Assembly (NCBI GenBank): GCA_965205945.1
Contig: CBDBIB010000002.1
Span: forward strand, 64,001-128,000
Length of the DNA stretch: 64,000 bases
Reading direction: 5' to 3'
Source of the DNA: Bdellovibrionales bacterium
GTDB lineage: Bacteria; Bdellovibrionota; Bdellovibrionia; Bdellovibrionales; UBA1609
Shown here: positions 8,344 through 18,516 of the stretch, piece by piece
How positions within the stretch are numbered: the stretch's first letter is position 1
How the letters are laid out: every line of letters starts with the position of its first letter
Notes under the pieces: model-generated
What the model was told of the DNA's origin: nothing
Databases searched by the model: none
Seen by the model: the letters and a program-made list of their open reading frames with translations, nothing else
Position numbers and translations under genes: made by a program

Positions 8344-10889
8344 ACAATATACCTTTATTTACGTTAAAATCTAAAAAAGCGCCTGTAGTTACATTGCAAG
8401 TTTGGGTGAAAACAGGCAGTGCACACGAGTTTAAAACAGAAGCTGGTCTAAGTCATTTCATTGAACATCTTGTTTTTAAAGGAACCGATTCTTTTGCACC
8501 TGGTGAAATTGCTCAGTTAATAGAGTCTGTTGGTGGCGAATTAAATGCCTATACATCTTTTGAACAGACTGTTTTTTATACAACAGTACCTTATAAAAGT
8601 TTACATGTTGCAGCACATGCTTTATCTGAAATGGTGAATTCTCCTCGTTTTGATCCTAAGGAGGTAGATAACGAAAGAGAAGTTGTTATTGAAGAGATTA
8701 AGATGGGCCTTGATCAACCAAGTAGAGTGGCTAGTAAAATGTTGTTTTCTCAAATGTATGCAGGACATTCATATGCCCTTCCTGTAATAGGAACAAAAGA
8801 AAATATACGTAGAGTGGGTCTTAATGAAATTAAAAATTATTTTAATGAACGCTATGTAGGAAAAAATATGGCTCTTATTTGCGTAGGAGATTTTAAGGAT
8901 GAAGTTAAAGAGCTTTTAGAAAAGTATTTTTCAAAGCTTAAGTATGAAGGACCTTTAGGGCAGGATCGAAAAATAACGCCTAGAAGGTTAGAGAAAGAAA
9001 ATGCTGTTAAGTTTGTAAAGTCGAAATTTGAAAAGGATCATTTTTATCTTTCCTGGCCTGTAGAGGGTTTTTTAAATGATATTGTAGATAACTATGAGCT
9101 TTTAGCTTTGATACTTGGACAGGGAGAAAGCTCTTATTTGTATAAAGAATTAAAATTAAAGAAAGGAATATGTAGAAGTATTGGGGCTTCTTACTTTGGT
9201 GATCCTAAAGAAGGTGTTTTTGTTATAAGCGGGGTAACAACGTTAGGCGAAAGAGCGGCTTTGTTTAAGGAGTTGCCCGTTGTACTTAATACATTTTTAA
9301 ATCAAACAGATATACGTTTTGATTTAGAAAAAGCTAGAAACATTTTTGAAAGTGAAGCCTCTTATGCAGAAGAATCGATATCTTTTTTGTGCAAAAATAT
9401 TGGGAATGATTGGTTGTACTATGATGATCCATTTGTTAGAGAGAAGAGAAGAGAAAAAACGTTAAAATTAACAGAAAAAGATTTGATTAAAGCTGTGGAA
9501 AAAATCTTTTCTAAGAATGTATATTTAAGTGTGTTGTCTCAAAATGAACCTAATAAAGGCATTGATGAAATGATGACGGCTCTTACAAATTTAAAAAACG
9601 TAAAGGCTCAATTTCAAGAAAGTACAGGGCATAAAAAAAATAAGACTTCTTTGGTGGCTAAGGGGCTTGAGCAAAAAAATTATTTATGGAAAACCTCTAA
9701 GGGGAGTGATGTTTTATTTGTATCACAGTCATTAGGTTCTGTGGTGTCATTTAAGGTTGCCTTTGAAGGTGGGGAACTGTTGTCATCTGACAAAACTCAA
9801 GGGTTAGTGGCTCTTTTTGGGAGCGTTTGGGCTAGAGAGTTTAAGGGTGTTATAGAGCAAGAATTTATTCAAGAGATTGATTTTTATTGTTCAGATTTTA
9901 GTGTTTTTTTTGGTAAGCATTCTGTGGGTTTAAGTTTATCTACACAGGACAAACATTTTGAAAAATTATCTAAATACTTTGTAAAAGCTGTTAAGCATCC
10001 AGTTTTTTCTAAAGCCGTTATTGATAGAGAAAAGGAGAGCCTTCTTCAAAATTTAAAAACTAGATTGGATAGGCCCTCAGCTATGGCATTTAAGGAATTT
10101 TCAAAGCTTTTATTTAAAGGTTCTATTTATGCTAGGGACGGTATTGGTGTAGAAGAACATATAAAAAAACTTACGCAAAAAGATTTGGAAATGTTTTTTG
10201 AAAAATCAAAAAAGAAAAAACGTATCTATAGTGTTGTTGGAAACTTGACGAAAAAACAAGTTGAAAAGACTGTGGAGTCTATTGAAGAACATCTTCCTGA
10301 ATCAAAAGAAACTTTTTTCCATGAAAAGATTTTTTTTGACTGGAGTAAGGGGCAGAGAGTTGAAATAGAATCTGAAAAAAAACAATCTCATATTATTATG
10401 GGTTATCCAGGAGTAAGGTATTCTGATGAAAAAAAAATTCACTTAGAACTTTTAACTTCTTTACTTGGAGGTCAAGGTGGAAGATTTTTTATTGAATTAA
10501 GAGATAAGGCGTCATTGGCTTATTCTGTGGTTCCCTTAGAATATTCAGGGGCATTTGGTGGATATTTTGGGGGGTATATTGCCTGTGATCCTTTTAAAAA
10601 AGAACTGGCAATAAAAATGATGAGAGAGGAGTTGCAAAAGCTATCTAAACAGACTGTATCTAAAGAAGACTTAAGGTGGATGAAAAATCAAGTTTTAGGT
10701 AGTTTTTTAATATCCTCACAGAAGAACTCTTTTATTTGTGATATTATGTTGTTTGATTTTTTTTATGGTCTAAATGCATTTGCTTATCAAAGATTAGAAG
10801 AAGTATTAGAAAAAATAACTCCAGAGGAGTTAAGAGTTACAGCATCAGAGATTTTAAAAGGACCTGAGTATGTGGTTTCAGTTGGTTAG
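8313..10889 (+). CDS. M16 family zinc protease (pitrilysin-like)
   Basis: HFIEH inverted zinc motif, NAYTS; start placed at ATG 8313 after GGAGGAG. Confidence 0.9.
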   Translation: MKNLKVESLSNNIPLFTLKSKKAPVVTLQVWVKTGSAHEFKTEAGLSHFIEHLVFKGTDSFAPGEIAQLIESVGGELNAYTSFEQTVFYTTVPYKSLHVAAHALSEMVNSPRFDPKEVDNEREVVIEEIKMGLDQPSRVASKMLFSQMYAGHSYALPVIGTKENIRRVGLNEIKNYFNERYVGKNMALICVGDFKDEVKELLEKYFSKLKYEGPLGQDRKITPRRLEKENAVKFVKSKFEKDHFYLSWPVEGFLNDIVDNYELLALILGQGESSYLYKELKLKKGICRSIGASYFGDPKEGVFVISGVTTLGERAALFKELPVVLNTFLNQTDIRFDLEKARNIFESEASYAEESISFLCKNIGNDWLYYDDPFVREKRREKTLKLTEKDLIKAVEKIFSKNVYLSVLSQNEPNKGIDEMMTALTNLKNVKAQFQESTGHKKNKTSLVAKGLEQKNYLWKTSKGSDVLFVSQSLGSVVSFKVAFEGGELLSSDKTQGLVALFGSVWAREFKGVIEQEFIQEIDFYCSDFSVFFGKHSVGLSLSTQDKHFEKLSKYFVKAVKHPVFSKAVIDREKESLLQNLKTRLDRPSAMAFKEFSKLLFKGSIYARDGIGVEEHIKKLTQKDLEMFFEKSKKKKRIYSVVGNLTKKQVEKTVESIEEHLPESKETFFHEKIFFDWSKGQRVEIESEKKQSHIIMGYPGVRYSDEKKIHLELLTSLLGGQGGRFFIELRDKASLAYSVVPLEYSGAFGGYFGGYIACDPFKKELAIKMMREELQKLSKQTVSKEDLRWMKNQVLGSFLISSQKNSFICDIMLFDFFYGLNAFAYQRLEEVLEKITPEELRVTASEILKGPEYVVSVG

Positions 10890-11356
10890 TAGCTGTTAAA
10901 TTTGGCTTTTCTATTACATTATAATATTAATGGTTAAAATTTAAAAAGAAAGAACAAAGAAAATCTTCGTATTTAAATTTTTATAAAAAGTATTTATTAT
11001 AGATTATAATTACTCTTAAATTGGATTAATAAGACTAAAGTCTTAAAAATGATTGGGTGAAATAAGGGAGCATTCTTTATTAAATTCTTCTTTTTATGGG
11101 GAAGTTATGGATTTAGTTTTAAATAGGGTTTTTTTACGTTTAAAGAGGCTGTATTGACATGCTCACTACCAGGGCTCAAGCTTTTAGTAAGGCTTAAATA
11201 GATTCTTTTTAAATTATAATCATGAATAAAGCCTAAAGGAGTATTAAAGACTTAGAGAGCATATTTTTTAAACTAATTTCGTATAAAGTTCGATGAACCT
11301 GTAATGGAGGTGATTTTATTTGTAATCAAAGTGACTCAATTTTATTAAGAGCTTCA

Positions 11357-11908
11357 ATGACGGACTTATTTAGGCCATTGATTAAAGAAGCTGCTAGAAA
11401 ATCAAAATTTAAACTTAAAGATAGTTCTTATGCTTATATACTTTCAATTTTAGAGCGCTGCTTGTTTAGTGAGGGGCTTTTTACAGGAGGTAAATCGGAT
11501 CCTATGATTTTAGAGATTTTGTTTAAAGCACTTCAAGAAGAGGGGGTTCAAAAAAAACAAAGGCAACTAAAGTCTTTAGGAGAGGCGATTTTGTTTAAAA
11601 GTGGCTTTTTTGCTGAATCTTTTAAAAGAAAAATGGTTGGTATTGAGTACTATATTAATATGGGAAGCCTAGTGTATAAAAACTTATATGAATTTTCAAA
11701 GAATCAAGTTCACGAGGATCTTTCAGATAGATTTTCTGGCTATGTGGATTTATTTTCTCAAGTAAGCTCTAAGGTGAATTTTAGTGATCAGGAAGATCTT
11801 TTGGTATTATTTGATCGTTATTTAAGCGCTGATTCTGAGAGTGCTATGACTAAGCTTATAGAATTAGGGGCTGTTCCTGCGCAGTATAAAAAATCTTCAA
11901 ACCAATAA
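11357..11908 (+). CDS. Hypothetical protein upstream of tatB (start may be ATT 11318)
   Basis: 183-aa ORF; LGE..LF.SGFF..S..RK....YY..MG pattern recalled from deltaproteobacterial hypothetical proteins. Confidence 0.75.
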   Translation: MTDLFRPLIKEAARKSKFKLKDSSYAYILSILERCLFSEGLFTGGKSDPMILEILFKALQEEGVQKKQRQLKSLGEAILFKSGFFAESFKRKMVGIEYYINMGSLVYKNLYEFSKNQVHEDLSDRFSGYVDLFSQVSSKVNFSDQEDLLVLFDRYLSADSESAMTKLIELGAVPAQYKKSSNQ

Positions 11909-11946
11909 AATTTTACAAATTTAAATAACTAAGTTAGTTTTAACCT

Positions 11947-12156
11947 GTGTTTAACTTAGGTTTTTGGGAAATGGTTGTTTTAGCGGTTATTGCGCTTTTG
12001 GTAGTGGGTCCTGAAAGGTTGCCTTCTTTGGCTAGAAATATTGGTCAATTTTTAAATCATTTAAAAAGAACGGTAAATACAATTACAGCAGATATTAATG
12101 AAACAATAGATGAGGATGAATTTTTAAAAGAATGTAGAAAAAAACCAGAGCATTAA
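11947..12156 (+). CDS. tatB: Twin-arginine translocase TatB (possibly prematurely terminated)
   Basis: MFNLGFWE...GPERLP signature, upstream of tatC. Confidence 0.88.
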   Translation: MFNLGFWEMVVLAVIALLVVGPERLPSLARNIGQFLNHLKRTVNTITADINETIDEDEFLKECRKKPEH

Positions 12157-12232
12157 CTTAAGAGCAATCTTGATAAAGGTTTAAAAGCTTTACATGACCT
12201 TAAAAAAGAAAATGAGTTAAAAAGTTTTAAAG

Positions 12233-12973
12233 ATGAAGGGTAGTATTTTAGAAGAACTTAAGCAAGAAACTTTGATTGATCATTTAAGGGAACTTAAAAA
12301 ACGTTTAGTTTATAGCATGTTTGGTATAGTTGTTGGGGCTGGTGTTTGTTGGCTTTATAAAGAGCTTTTGTTTGATATAATTAGAATGCCCATTGAGCCA
12401 TTTTTATCTACAGAAGAAAGAGGGCTTATTTATACAGGCCTTATGGAAAATTTTATAGCATATGTAAAGATTTCTCTTCTAGGTGGTGTAGTAGTTTCTT
12501 GTCCTTTTTGGATGTATCATTTATGGTGTTTTTTATCTCCAGCTTTGTATAAGAAAGAGAAAAAATATGGAGTTGGATTTATTCTTAGTGGAACTTTGTT
12601 GTTTTTATCAGGTATTTTGTTTGTTTATTTTCTTGTTTATCCTCTAGCTTTTGATTTTTTATTAAGTTTTGGTCAAGGGCAAGATATGGCCTTAATTACT
12701 GTTAATGAGTATTTGTCATTTTTTTTAAAAACAACTTTCTTATTTGGAATGGCTTTTGAAATTCCACTGGCTCTTACAATTTTGGGGATTTTAGGAATAG
12801 TGAGTGCAGAGTTTTTATCAGAAAATAAAAGATATGCCATACTTTTTTTGTCTTTTATATCAGCACTTATGACACCTCCAGATCCATTAAGCATGATTAT
12901 GATGGTTGGTCCTATGTGGGTCTTGTATGAGCTTTCAATTATTGCCATTAGATTTTTTGTTCCAAAGGGGTGA
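12233..12973 (+). CDS. tatC: Twin-arginine translocase TatC
   Basis: HLRELKKRL, F.SPALY, FEIP, TPPDP; six hydrophobic segments. Confidence 0.96.
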   Translation: MKGSILEELKQETLIDHLRELKKRLVYSMFGIVVGAGVCWLYKELLFDIIRMPIEPFLSTEERGLIYTGLMENFIAYVKISLLGGVVVSCPFWMYHLWCFLSPALYKKEKKYGVGFILSGTLLFLSGILFVYFLVYPLAFDFLLSFGQGQDMALITVNEYLSFFLKTTFLFGMAFEIPLALTILGILGIVSAEFLSENKRYAILFLSFISALMTPPDPLSMIMMVGPMWVLYELSIIAIRFFVPKG

Positions 12974-13008
12974 AATTTATTAAAACTAGTTTTTAAACTA
13001 ATTTACCA

Positions 13009-13333
13009 GCATATGCACATAGCTACACTTAGCGTTTTCTAGCCGTTATTTCCTTGTAGGGAGTGGGAGCTACACAGTATTAAGTTTTCTATAACTCTTT
13101 GGAATAAAAGACCTCTCGCCTTAGATGTTCTCCTGTTAAACCTAAAAATAAACTCCTTAAAATAACTATCCATATGTTTTAAATCCAGTCTTCCATGGAG
13201 CGTACCCATCAACTATCTTTTTAAAAGTGCTGTTACAGTATTTATTCTCGGCAACAATTTATCAGGATCTACACTCGCTGATTTTCTTGGCAAATGGTTG
13301 TATCCTAAACTTCCAACATCATTATAACTTTTT
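13009..13333 (-). mobile_element. IS1595-family transposase 3' relic with probable right end
   Basis: Minus strand reads KSYNDVGSLGYNH...LLPRINTVTALLKR*LMGTLHG...HMDSYFKEFIFRFNRRTSKARGLLFQR, the DDE_Tnp_IS1595 C-terminal pattern; TAG at 13213-13215 replaces a conserved Trp. Confidence 0.85.
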
Positions 13334-13548
13334 TAGTTTTAATTGAACAAGGTTTTAATCCTTTAGTTTTTTTAGCTCATGAAATGTTTGTTTAGATAAA
13401 CATGTGTGCTATGAAAGACTTAAGAAATATTGATATTGTCTTTAAAGGGTTTTGTGAGTTTAACTCTATAAAAGCTCAATAAACTTACAGAATTTTTTTT
13501 AGTGTTGACCAAGGGGGGGAGATGGGTTTTATCCTTCTTTCTTGTTTA

Positions 13549-13624
13549 GCTGGATTAGCTCAATTGGTAGAGCAGCTGATTTGTAATCAGCAGGTTGCGG
13601 GTTCGAGTCCCATATCCAGCTCCA
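13549..13624 (+). tRNA. tRNA-Thr(TGT)
   Basis: Cloverleaf, anticodon loop TTTGTAA, encoded CCA. Confidence 0.95.
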
Positions 13625-13627
13625 AGT

Positions 13628-13713
13628 GGAGAGATGTCCGAGTGGTTAAAGGAGACGGGCTGTAAACCCGTTCGTGTATGCGTACGCAGGTTCAAATCCT
13701 GCTCTCTCCACCA
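13628..13713 (+). tRNA. tRNA-Tyr(GTA)
   Basis: Long variable arm, CTGTAAA loop, CCA. Confidence 0.96.
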
Positions 13714-13729
13714 TTATTTTTTACTCCGA

Positions 13730-13805
13730 GCGGGAGTAGCTCAATTGGTAGAGTATCAGCCTTCCAAGCTGAGGGTTGCGGGTTCGAGACCCGTCTCCCG
13801 CTCCA
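13730..13805 (+). tRNA. tRNA-Gly(TCC)
   Basis: GCGGGAG acceptor stem, CTTCCAA loop, CCA. Confidence 0.96.
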
Positions 13806-13837
13806 TTTTAAAAGGGTAAGGTGTTTAAGTTACTTAT

Positions 13838-13912
13838 GCCCATATGGCTCAGTGGTAGAGCACACCCTTGGTAAGGGTGAGGTCGAGGGTTCAATTCTCT
13901 CTATGGGCTCCA
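13838..13912 (+). tRNA. tRNA-Thr(GGT)
   Basis: TTGGTAA loop, CCA; canonical thrU-tyrU-glyT-thrT-tuf order. Confidence 0.96.
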
Positions 13913-14067
13913 TTATAATAATGGTTTGCTTTGGTTCTTATGCTAAGGGGAGTAAAAGATTTTAAAAATGTGTGACAAGACTCTTTTTTAATGGCACTTT
14001 TTTTTAATTGGTTTTTAAATATTAAAAACGCTATAAGCGTTTATTTTGTCATTCTAGGAGGAATAAA

Positions 14068-15258
14068 ATGGCTAAGGAAAAATTCGAGCGTAATAAGCCG
14101 CATATAAATATTGGAACTATTGGTCACGTAGACCATGGTAAGACGACTCTTACTGCTGCCATTTCTATGGTTTTAGCTGAAGCTACGGGCTCTAAGGCCA
14201 TGAACTATGCTGATATTGATAATGCTCCAGAAGAGAAAGAACGTGGAATTACAATTTCAACTTCTCACGTTGAGTATGAGACAGAGAATCGTCACTATGC
14301 TCATGTGGACTGTCCAGGTCATGCTGATTATGTAAAAAACATGATTACTGGAGCTGCACAGATGGATGGGGCTATTCTTGTTGTTAACGCCGCAGATGGC
14401 CCTATGCCACAAACTAGAGAGCATATTTTGCTTGCTAGACAGGTTGGAGTTCCTTCTATAGTGGTTTTTTTAAACAAAGTTGATCAAGTTGATGATGCTG
14501 AACTTTTAGAGTTAGTTGAGCTTGAGATTAGAGAGCTTCTTTCTAAATATGAATACCCTGGAGACGAAGTTCCAATAATTGTAGGCTCTGCTCTTGCTGC
14601 TGTTGAAGGAAGAGACCCTTCTATTGGAAAAGATGCTATTCTTAAGCTTATGACTGAAATTGATAGATATGTTCCAGCTCCAGAAAGAGCAGTGGATTTA
14701 CCTTTCTTAATGCCCATTGAGGATGTTTTTTCTATCTCTGGTCGTGGTACAGTTGTTACTGGTAGAATTGAACGTGGTGTTGTTAAAGTCGGACAAGAGA
14801 TTGAAATCATAGGTATTAAAGAAACAACTAAGACTACAGTTACTGGTATTGAAATGTTTAGAAAGCTTCTTGATGAAGGTCATGCAGGTGATAATGCTGG
14901 CTGCCTATTAAGAGGTGTGAAGAAAGAAGATGTTGAAAGAGGACAGGTACTTGCTGTTCCTGATTCAATAAAACCACATAAAAAATTCAAATGTGAGGCC
15001 TATATTCTTTCTAAAGAAGAAGGGGGAAGACACACGCCATTTTTTAATGGATATCGTCCACAGTTTTACTTTAGAACTACTGATGTTACAGGTGTTGTGA
15101 CTCTTAGTGCTGGTGTTGAAATGGTTATGCCTGGTGATAGAGTTGAAATGAGTTGTGAGCTTATTTGCCCAATTGCCATGGAAAAAGAACTTCGTTTTGC
15201 TATCCGGGAAGGTGGAAGAACTGTTGGAGCAGGTGTTGTAACTGAAATTGTTGAGTAA
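14068..15258 (+). CDS. tuf: Elongation factor Tu
   Basis: [21 protein letters not shown], full-length EF-Tu. Confidence 0.99.
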   Translation: MAKEKFERNKPHINIGTIGHVDHGKTTLTAAISMVLAEATGSKAMNYADIDNAPEEKERGITISTSHVEYETENRHYAHVDCPGHADYVKNMITGAAQMDGAILVVNAADGPMPQTREHILLARQVGVPSIVVFLNKVDQVDDAELLELVELEIRELLSKYEYPGDEVPIIVGSALAAVEGRDPSIGKDAILKLMTEIDRYVPAPERAVDLPFLMPIEDVFSISGRGTVVTGRIERGVVKVGQEIEIIGIKETTKTTVTGIEMFRKLLDEGHAGDNAGCLLRGVKKEDVERGQVLAVPDSIKPHKKFKCEAYILSKEEGGRHTPFFNGYRPQFYFRTTDVTGVVTLSAGVEMVMPGDRVEMSCELICPIAMEKELRFAIREGGRTVGAGVVTEIVE

Positions 15259-15282
15259 TATTAGTACTAAGCCCTAAATGCT

Positions 15283-15311
15283 AAAGAGTCTTTTTTTAAG
15301 GCTCTTTTTTT
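15283..15311 (+). terminator. Hairpin terminator after tuf
   Basis: AAAGAGTC/GGCTCTTT stem followed by a T run. Confidence 0.55.
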
Positions 15312-15330
15312 GAAAATTGAAAGTTTATAA

Positions 15331-15407
15331 AGGGTAGTAGCTCTAATTGGTAGAGCAGTGGATTCCAAATCCACCGGTTGTGGGTTCGAATCCCTCCTGC
15401 CCTGCCA
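15331..15407 (+). tRNA. tRNA-Trp(CCA)
   Basis: AGGGTAG/CTGCCCT acceptor, TTCCAAA loop, CCA; usual position before secE. Confidence 0.96.
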
Positions 15408-15492
15408 TTTTAAGTGCTTTTTTTTTCTAGGAAAGTGTAAGCCATGTCTCCGGTATAAATTGTAAACTATGTGTCAGGATGGACACATTGTG

Positions 15493-15546
15493 AGAGTGTT
15501 AGAATCTAAGTCCACTGGCTGTGGTTTGAATATCCCTTGCTTCGCC
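15493..15546 (+). pseudogene. Degenerate partial copy of tRNA-Trp
   Basis: Colinear similarity to the 3' two-thirds of tRNA-Trp (20 of the first 29 nt identical). Confidence 0.6.
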
Positions 15547-15683
15547 TATTTAATCAGCATAAATTGATAACTTTTTGTTTTTTAAAGGAATAGTTGGAAA
15601 ACAAGTTTTTTGTTGATGATTCGAAAAAAATAACGTGACAAGGCATAGGTTTTCTGTGAGACATAAAAGCTCTGGAGTAAAAA

Positions 15684-16067
15684 TTGGATAAAGCAACGAC
15701 AAATAAAATTATGACGTTTTCCTTCTTATTGGCTGCGGTTCTTGTGTTTTGGACTGCTGGTGTTTTATTTGAGACTGCCTCTGATAGCTTTGCCGTTATA
15801 GCAAATTTTAAAGCACAGCCTATTATAAGGCACGGGTTTCCGTTTTTATGTGGTTTAGGAGTATTTTCGTGGCTTCAGTTTAGTGAGAAAAATAAAATTT
15901 TTGTTGACGAAGTGATTACTGAGACAGCTAAGGTTGTTTGGCCTTCGCTTCAAGATGTTAAGGGCATGACTATTGCGGTGACTATTATGTTGATTATATC
16001 GGGTATTATTATTTCTGGATTTGATTTTGGGGCTAGTAAGACTATAAAACTCATATTAGGTATGTAA
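15684..16067 (+). CDS. secE: Preprotein translocase SecE
   Basis: E..KVVWPS motif, three TM segments, position before nusG. Confidence 0.92.
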   Translation: MDKATTNKIMTFSFLLAAVLVFWTAGVLFETASDSFAVIANFKAQPIIRHGFPFLCGLGVFSWLQFSEKNKIFVDEVITETAKVVWPSLQDVKGMTIAVTIMLIISGIIISGFDFGASKTIKLILGM

Positions 16068-16072
16068 GGACA

Positions 16073-16612
16073 GTGAACGTGGATAAAAAATGGTACATTG
16101 TTAATGTTCAAACTAGCTGTGAAGGGATTGCAAAATCTGCAATCCAAGAGCGAGTTGAAGCAAAAGGGATGGGAGATCTTTTTGGGGAAATTCTTGTTCC
16201 TACTGAAAATGTAGTTCAGCTTATTAAAGGTAAGAAGCAAAATAGGGTTAAAAAATTTTTTCCTGGTTACATTTTTATCCAAATGTTTTTAAATGATGAC
16301 ACTTGGCATTTAGTAAGAGGCAGTTCAAAAGTTACAGGTTTTGTTGGAAGGTCAAGTAATCAAAAACCTATGCCTGTTCCTGAGGAGCAAGTAACTCGGA
16401 TTACAAATATGGAGTCTGGGGCTATTAAGTCTATAACCAAGGCTGATTTTAATGTTGGTGAGTCTGTAACGGTTATAGATGGTCCATTTAATAACTTTTC
16501 TGGAACAGTTGAAGAGATTAATGAGGATAAAGGTAAAGTTAAGGTGTCAGTGATGATTTTAGGCCGCTCGACACCTGTAGAGTTGGATTTTGTTCAAGTT
16601 GAAAGAGGTTAA
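16073..16612 (+). CDS. nusG: Transcription factor NusG
   Basis: WYIV, FFPGYIF, KOW GPF motif. Confidence 0.98.
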   Translation: MNVDKKWYIVNVQTSCEGIAKSAIQERVEAKGMGDLFGEILVPTENVVQLIKGKKQNRVKKFFPGYIFIQMFLNDDTWHLVRGSSKVTGFVGRSSNQKPMPVPEEQVTRITNMESGAIKSITKADFNVGESVTVIDGPFNNFSGTVEEINEDKGKVKVSVMILGRSTPVELDFVQVERG

Positions 16613-16677
16613 TTAAATTGTATTTTTTCCTAAATTAATTTAGGAGTACATTACAACTGTGTGTTGAGGAGTGGTAA

Positions 16678-17103
16678 ATGATAAAAAAAGTAGCAGGTGT
16701 GATTAAGCTACAGATACCAGCAGGGAAAGCGAATCCATCGCCTCCTGTTGGACCAGCACTGGGACAACATGGTGTTAATATAATGGATTTTTGCAAACAG
16801 TTTAATGCAAAAACTCAGGCCATGGGTGATACAATCGCTCCAGTTATTATTACTGTGTATACGGATCGTTCTTTTACATTCATCGTAAAAAGCCCACCGG
16901 TTTCAGTTTTATTAAAAAAAGCTGTAAACCTAAAGAGTGGATCTAAAATGCCTCAAAAAGACAAAGTTGGAAAAATTTCTAATGCACAAGTTGAGGAAAT
17001 TGCAAAAATTAAACTTCCTGATTTAAATTGTATAGGTCTAGAGCCTGCAATGGAACAGATTAGAGGAACGGCTAAGTCTATGGGCTTAGAGGTGGAGACT
17101 TAA
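16678..17103 (+). CDS. rplK: 50S ribosomal protein L11
   Basis: [15 protein letters not shown]. Confidence 0.99.
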   Translation: MIKKVAGVIKLQIPAGKANPSPPVGPALGQHGVNIMDFCKQFNAKTQAMGDTIAPVIITVYTDRSFTFIVKSPPVSVLLKKAVNLKSGSKMPQKDKVGKISNAQVEEIAKIKLPDLNCIGLEPAMEQIRGTAKSMGLEVET

Positions 17104-17104
17104 G

Positions 17105-17800
17105 ATGGGTAAAGTGTCTAAGAAAATGAAAGAGCTCGTAGTTAAGATTGATAAGGGTAAACAATACTCTTTAAATGAGGCTTTTAACTTAGTAATGTCT
17201 GGCAAGAGTGCTAATTTTGATGAATCTATTGACTTCTCCATTCGTTTAGGAATTGATCCTAAACAATCGGATCAACAAGTAAGGGGGGCTGTTGCTCTTC
17301 CTAACGGTCTAGGCAAAGAGGTTAGAGTAGTTGTCTTTGCTAAGGGTCCTAAAGAGGAAGAGGCAAAAAATGCTGGAGCTGATTTTGTTGGAGCTAATGA
17401 TTTGATTGAGAAAATTCAAGGAGGGTGGCTTGAATTTGATAAAGTTTTAGCAACACCAGATATGATGGCAACTGTTACAAAAGTTTCAAAAGTTTTAGGT
17501 CCAAGAGGATTGATGCCTAATCCAAAAGTTGGAACCGTGACTTTAAATATTGGAACAGCTGTTGAGTCAGAGAAAAAGGGGAAACTAAGTTTCAGGGTTG
17601 AGAAGAATGGTATTCTTCATGCCTCTGTAGGTAAAAAATCTATGGGTACAGAAAAACTTAAGCAAAATGCTGCTGTATTTTTATCAGCTGTAATTAAGGC
17701 TAAGCCTGCATCAAGCAAAGGTATTTATTTAACAGGTATTGCGATGTCTTCAACTATGGGCCCTGGGGTTAAAGTTGATGTGAGGTCTGTTATTGATTAA
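17105..17800 (+). CDS. rplA: 50S ribosomal protein L1
   Basis: LGPRGLMPNPK, SSTMGPG. Confidence 0.99.
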   Translation: MGKVSKKMKELVVKIDKGKQYSLNEAFNLVMSGKSANFDESIDFSIRLGIDPKQSDQQVRGAVALPNGLGKEVRVVVFAKGPKEEEAKNAGADFVGANDLIEKIQGGWLEFDKVLATPDMMATVTKVSKVLGPRGLMPNPKVGTVTLNIGTAVESEKKGKLSFRVEKNGILHASVGKKSMGTEKLKQNAAVFLSAVIKAKPASSKGIYLTGIAMSSTMGPGVKVDVRSVID

Positions 17801-17821
17801 TTTTTTTTAATTTCTCTAGCT

Positions 17822-17900
17822 AGCCAGAGATATATTGGTGCCCTGTTTTATAAGTTATGCAGGGTTTAAATAAGTCAAAAGACTTAGCCATGTGAGGTAA
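17822..17900 (+). promoter_or_regulatory. L10 leader autoregulatory RNA
   Basis: GAGA...GGTG-CCCTG/CAGGG-TTAAA-hairpin...GAGG layout between rplA and rplJ. Confidence 0.6.
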
Positions 17901-17954
17901 AGGGAAAAAACCTTCTTGCCTGGTTAGAGAAAATATATGAAAGGAGGTAGTAAA

Positions 17955-18473
17955 TTGTTAACACGTGAGAGAAAAGCTGAAATGATAAAAGGTCTATCTA
18001 GTAGATTTGAACGATCTAAAGCGGCTTTTCTTGTGGACTTTAAAGGTCTTTCAGTTGAGCAAGTGACAATGTTAAGAAAGCAACTAACAAAAGTGGGGGC
18101 AGAGCTTAAAGTGGTACGTAATACCCTTGCAGTAAGAGCTTTAGCTGATCATAAAATTGAAAGTGGCGTTTTAGAGTCGAAACTTGTTGGAACGAATGCT
18201 TTTGTGTTTGCCTACGAAGAGGTTTCAGCACCAGCAAAGACTCTAACACAACTTGCAAAGGATATGGAAAATTTAAAGATCAAATCTGGTGTTATGGGTG
18301 GGGAAGAACTTGATGATAATAAAATTAAGTTCTTATCAACTCTTCCGGGGAAAAATGAGCTTAGAGCAATATTGTTAAGAACTTTGCAAGCTCCGGCTAG
18401 TCAATTTGTTCGTGTTTTAAATGCTGTCCCACAAGGAGTGGTAACAGTTCTTAAAGCTTATGCTGAAAAATAA
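17955..18473 (+). CDS. rplJ: 50S ribosomal protein L10
   Basis: KVVRNTL motif; TTG start after AAGGAGG. Confidence 0.97.
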   Translation: MLTRERKAEMIKGLSSRFERSKAAFLVDFKGLSVEQVTMLRKQLTKVGAELKVVRNTLAVRALADHKIESGVLESKLVGTNAFVFAYEEVSAPAKTLTQLAKDMENLKIKSGVMGGEELDDNKIKFLSTLPGKNELRAILLRTLQAPASQFVRVLNAVPQGVVTVLKAYAEK

Positions 18474-18516
18474 ATAAATAAATTTAAAAGTTATAAAAAA
18501 TATTGGAGAAAATAAA

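Noticed and set aside
11155..11262. Possible 6S-like or other structured ncRNA
   Set aside because: Only short complementary patches (GCTC/GAGC, AGGCTT/AAGCCT); insufficient without a covariance search
13595..13965. Two ORFs over the tRNA cluster
   Set aside because: They overlap four tRNA genes
2..15546. TAG recoding or amber suppression (in-frame TAGs in IS relics plus a CTA ghost tRNA)
   Set aside because: TAG terminates several intact genes, in-frame TAGs occur only in decayed transposases, and the ghost tRNA cannot fold
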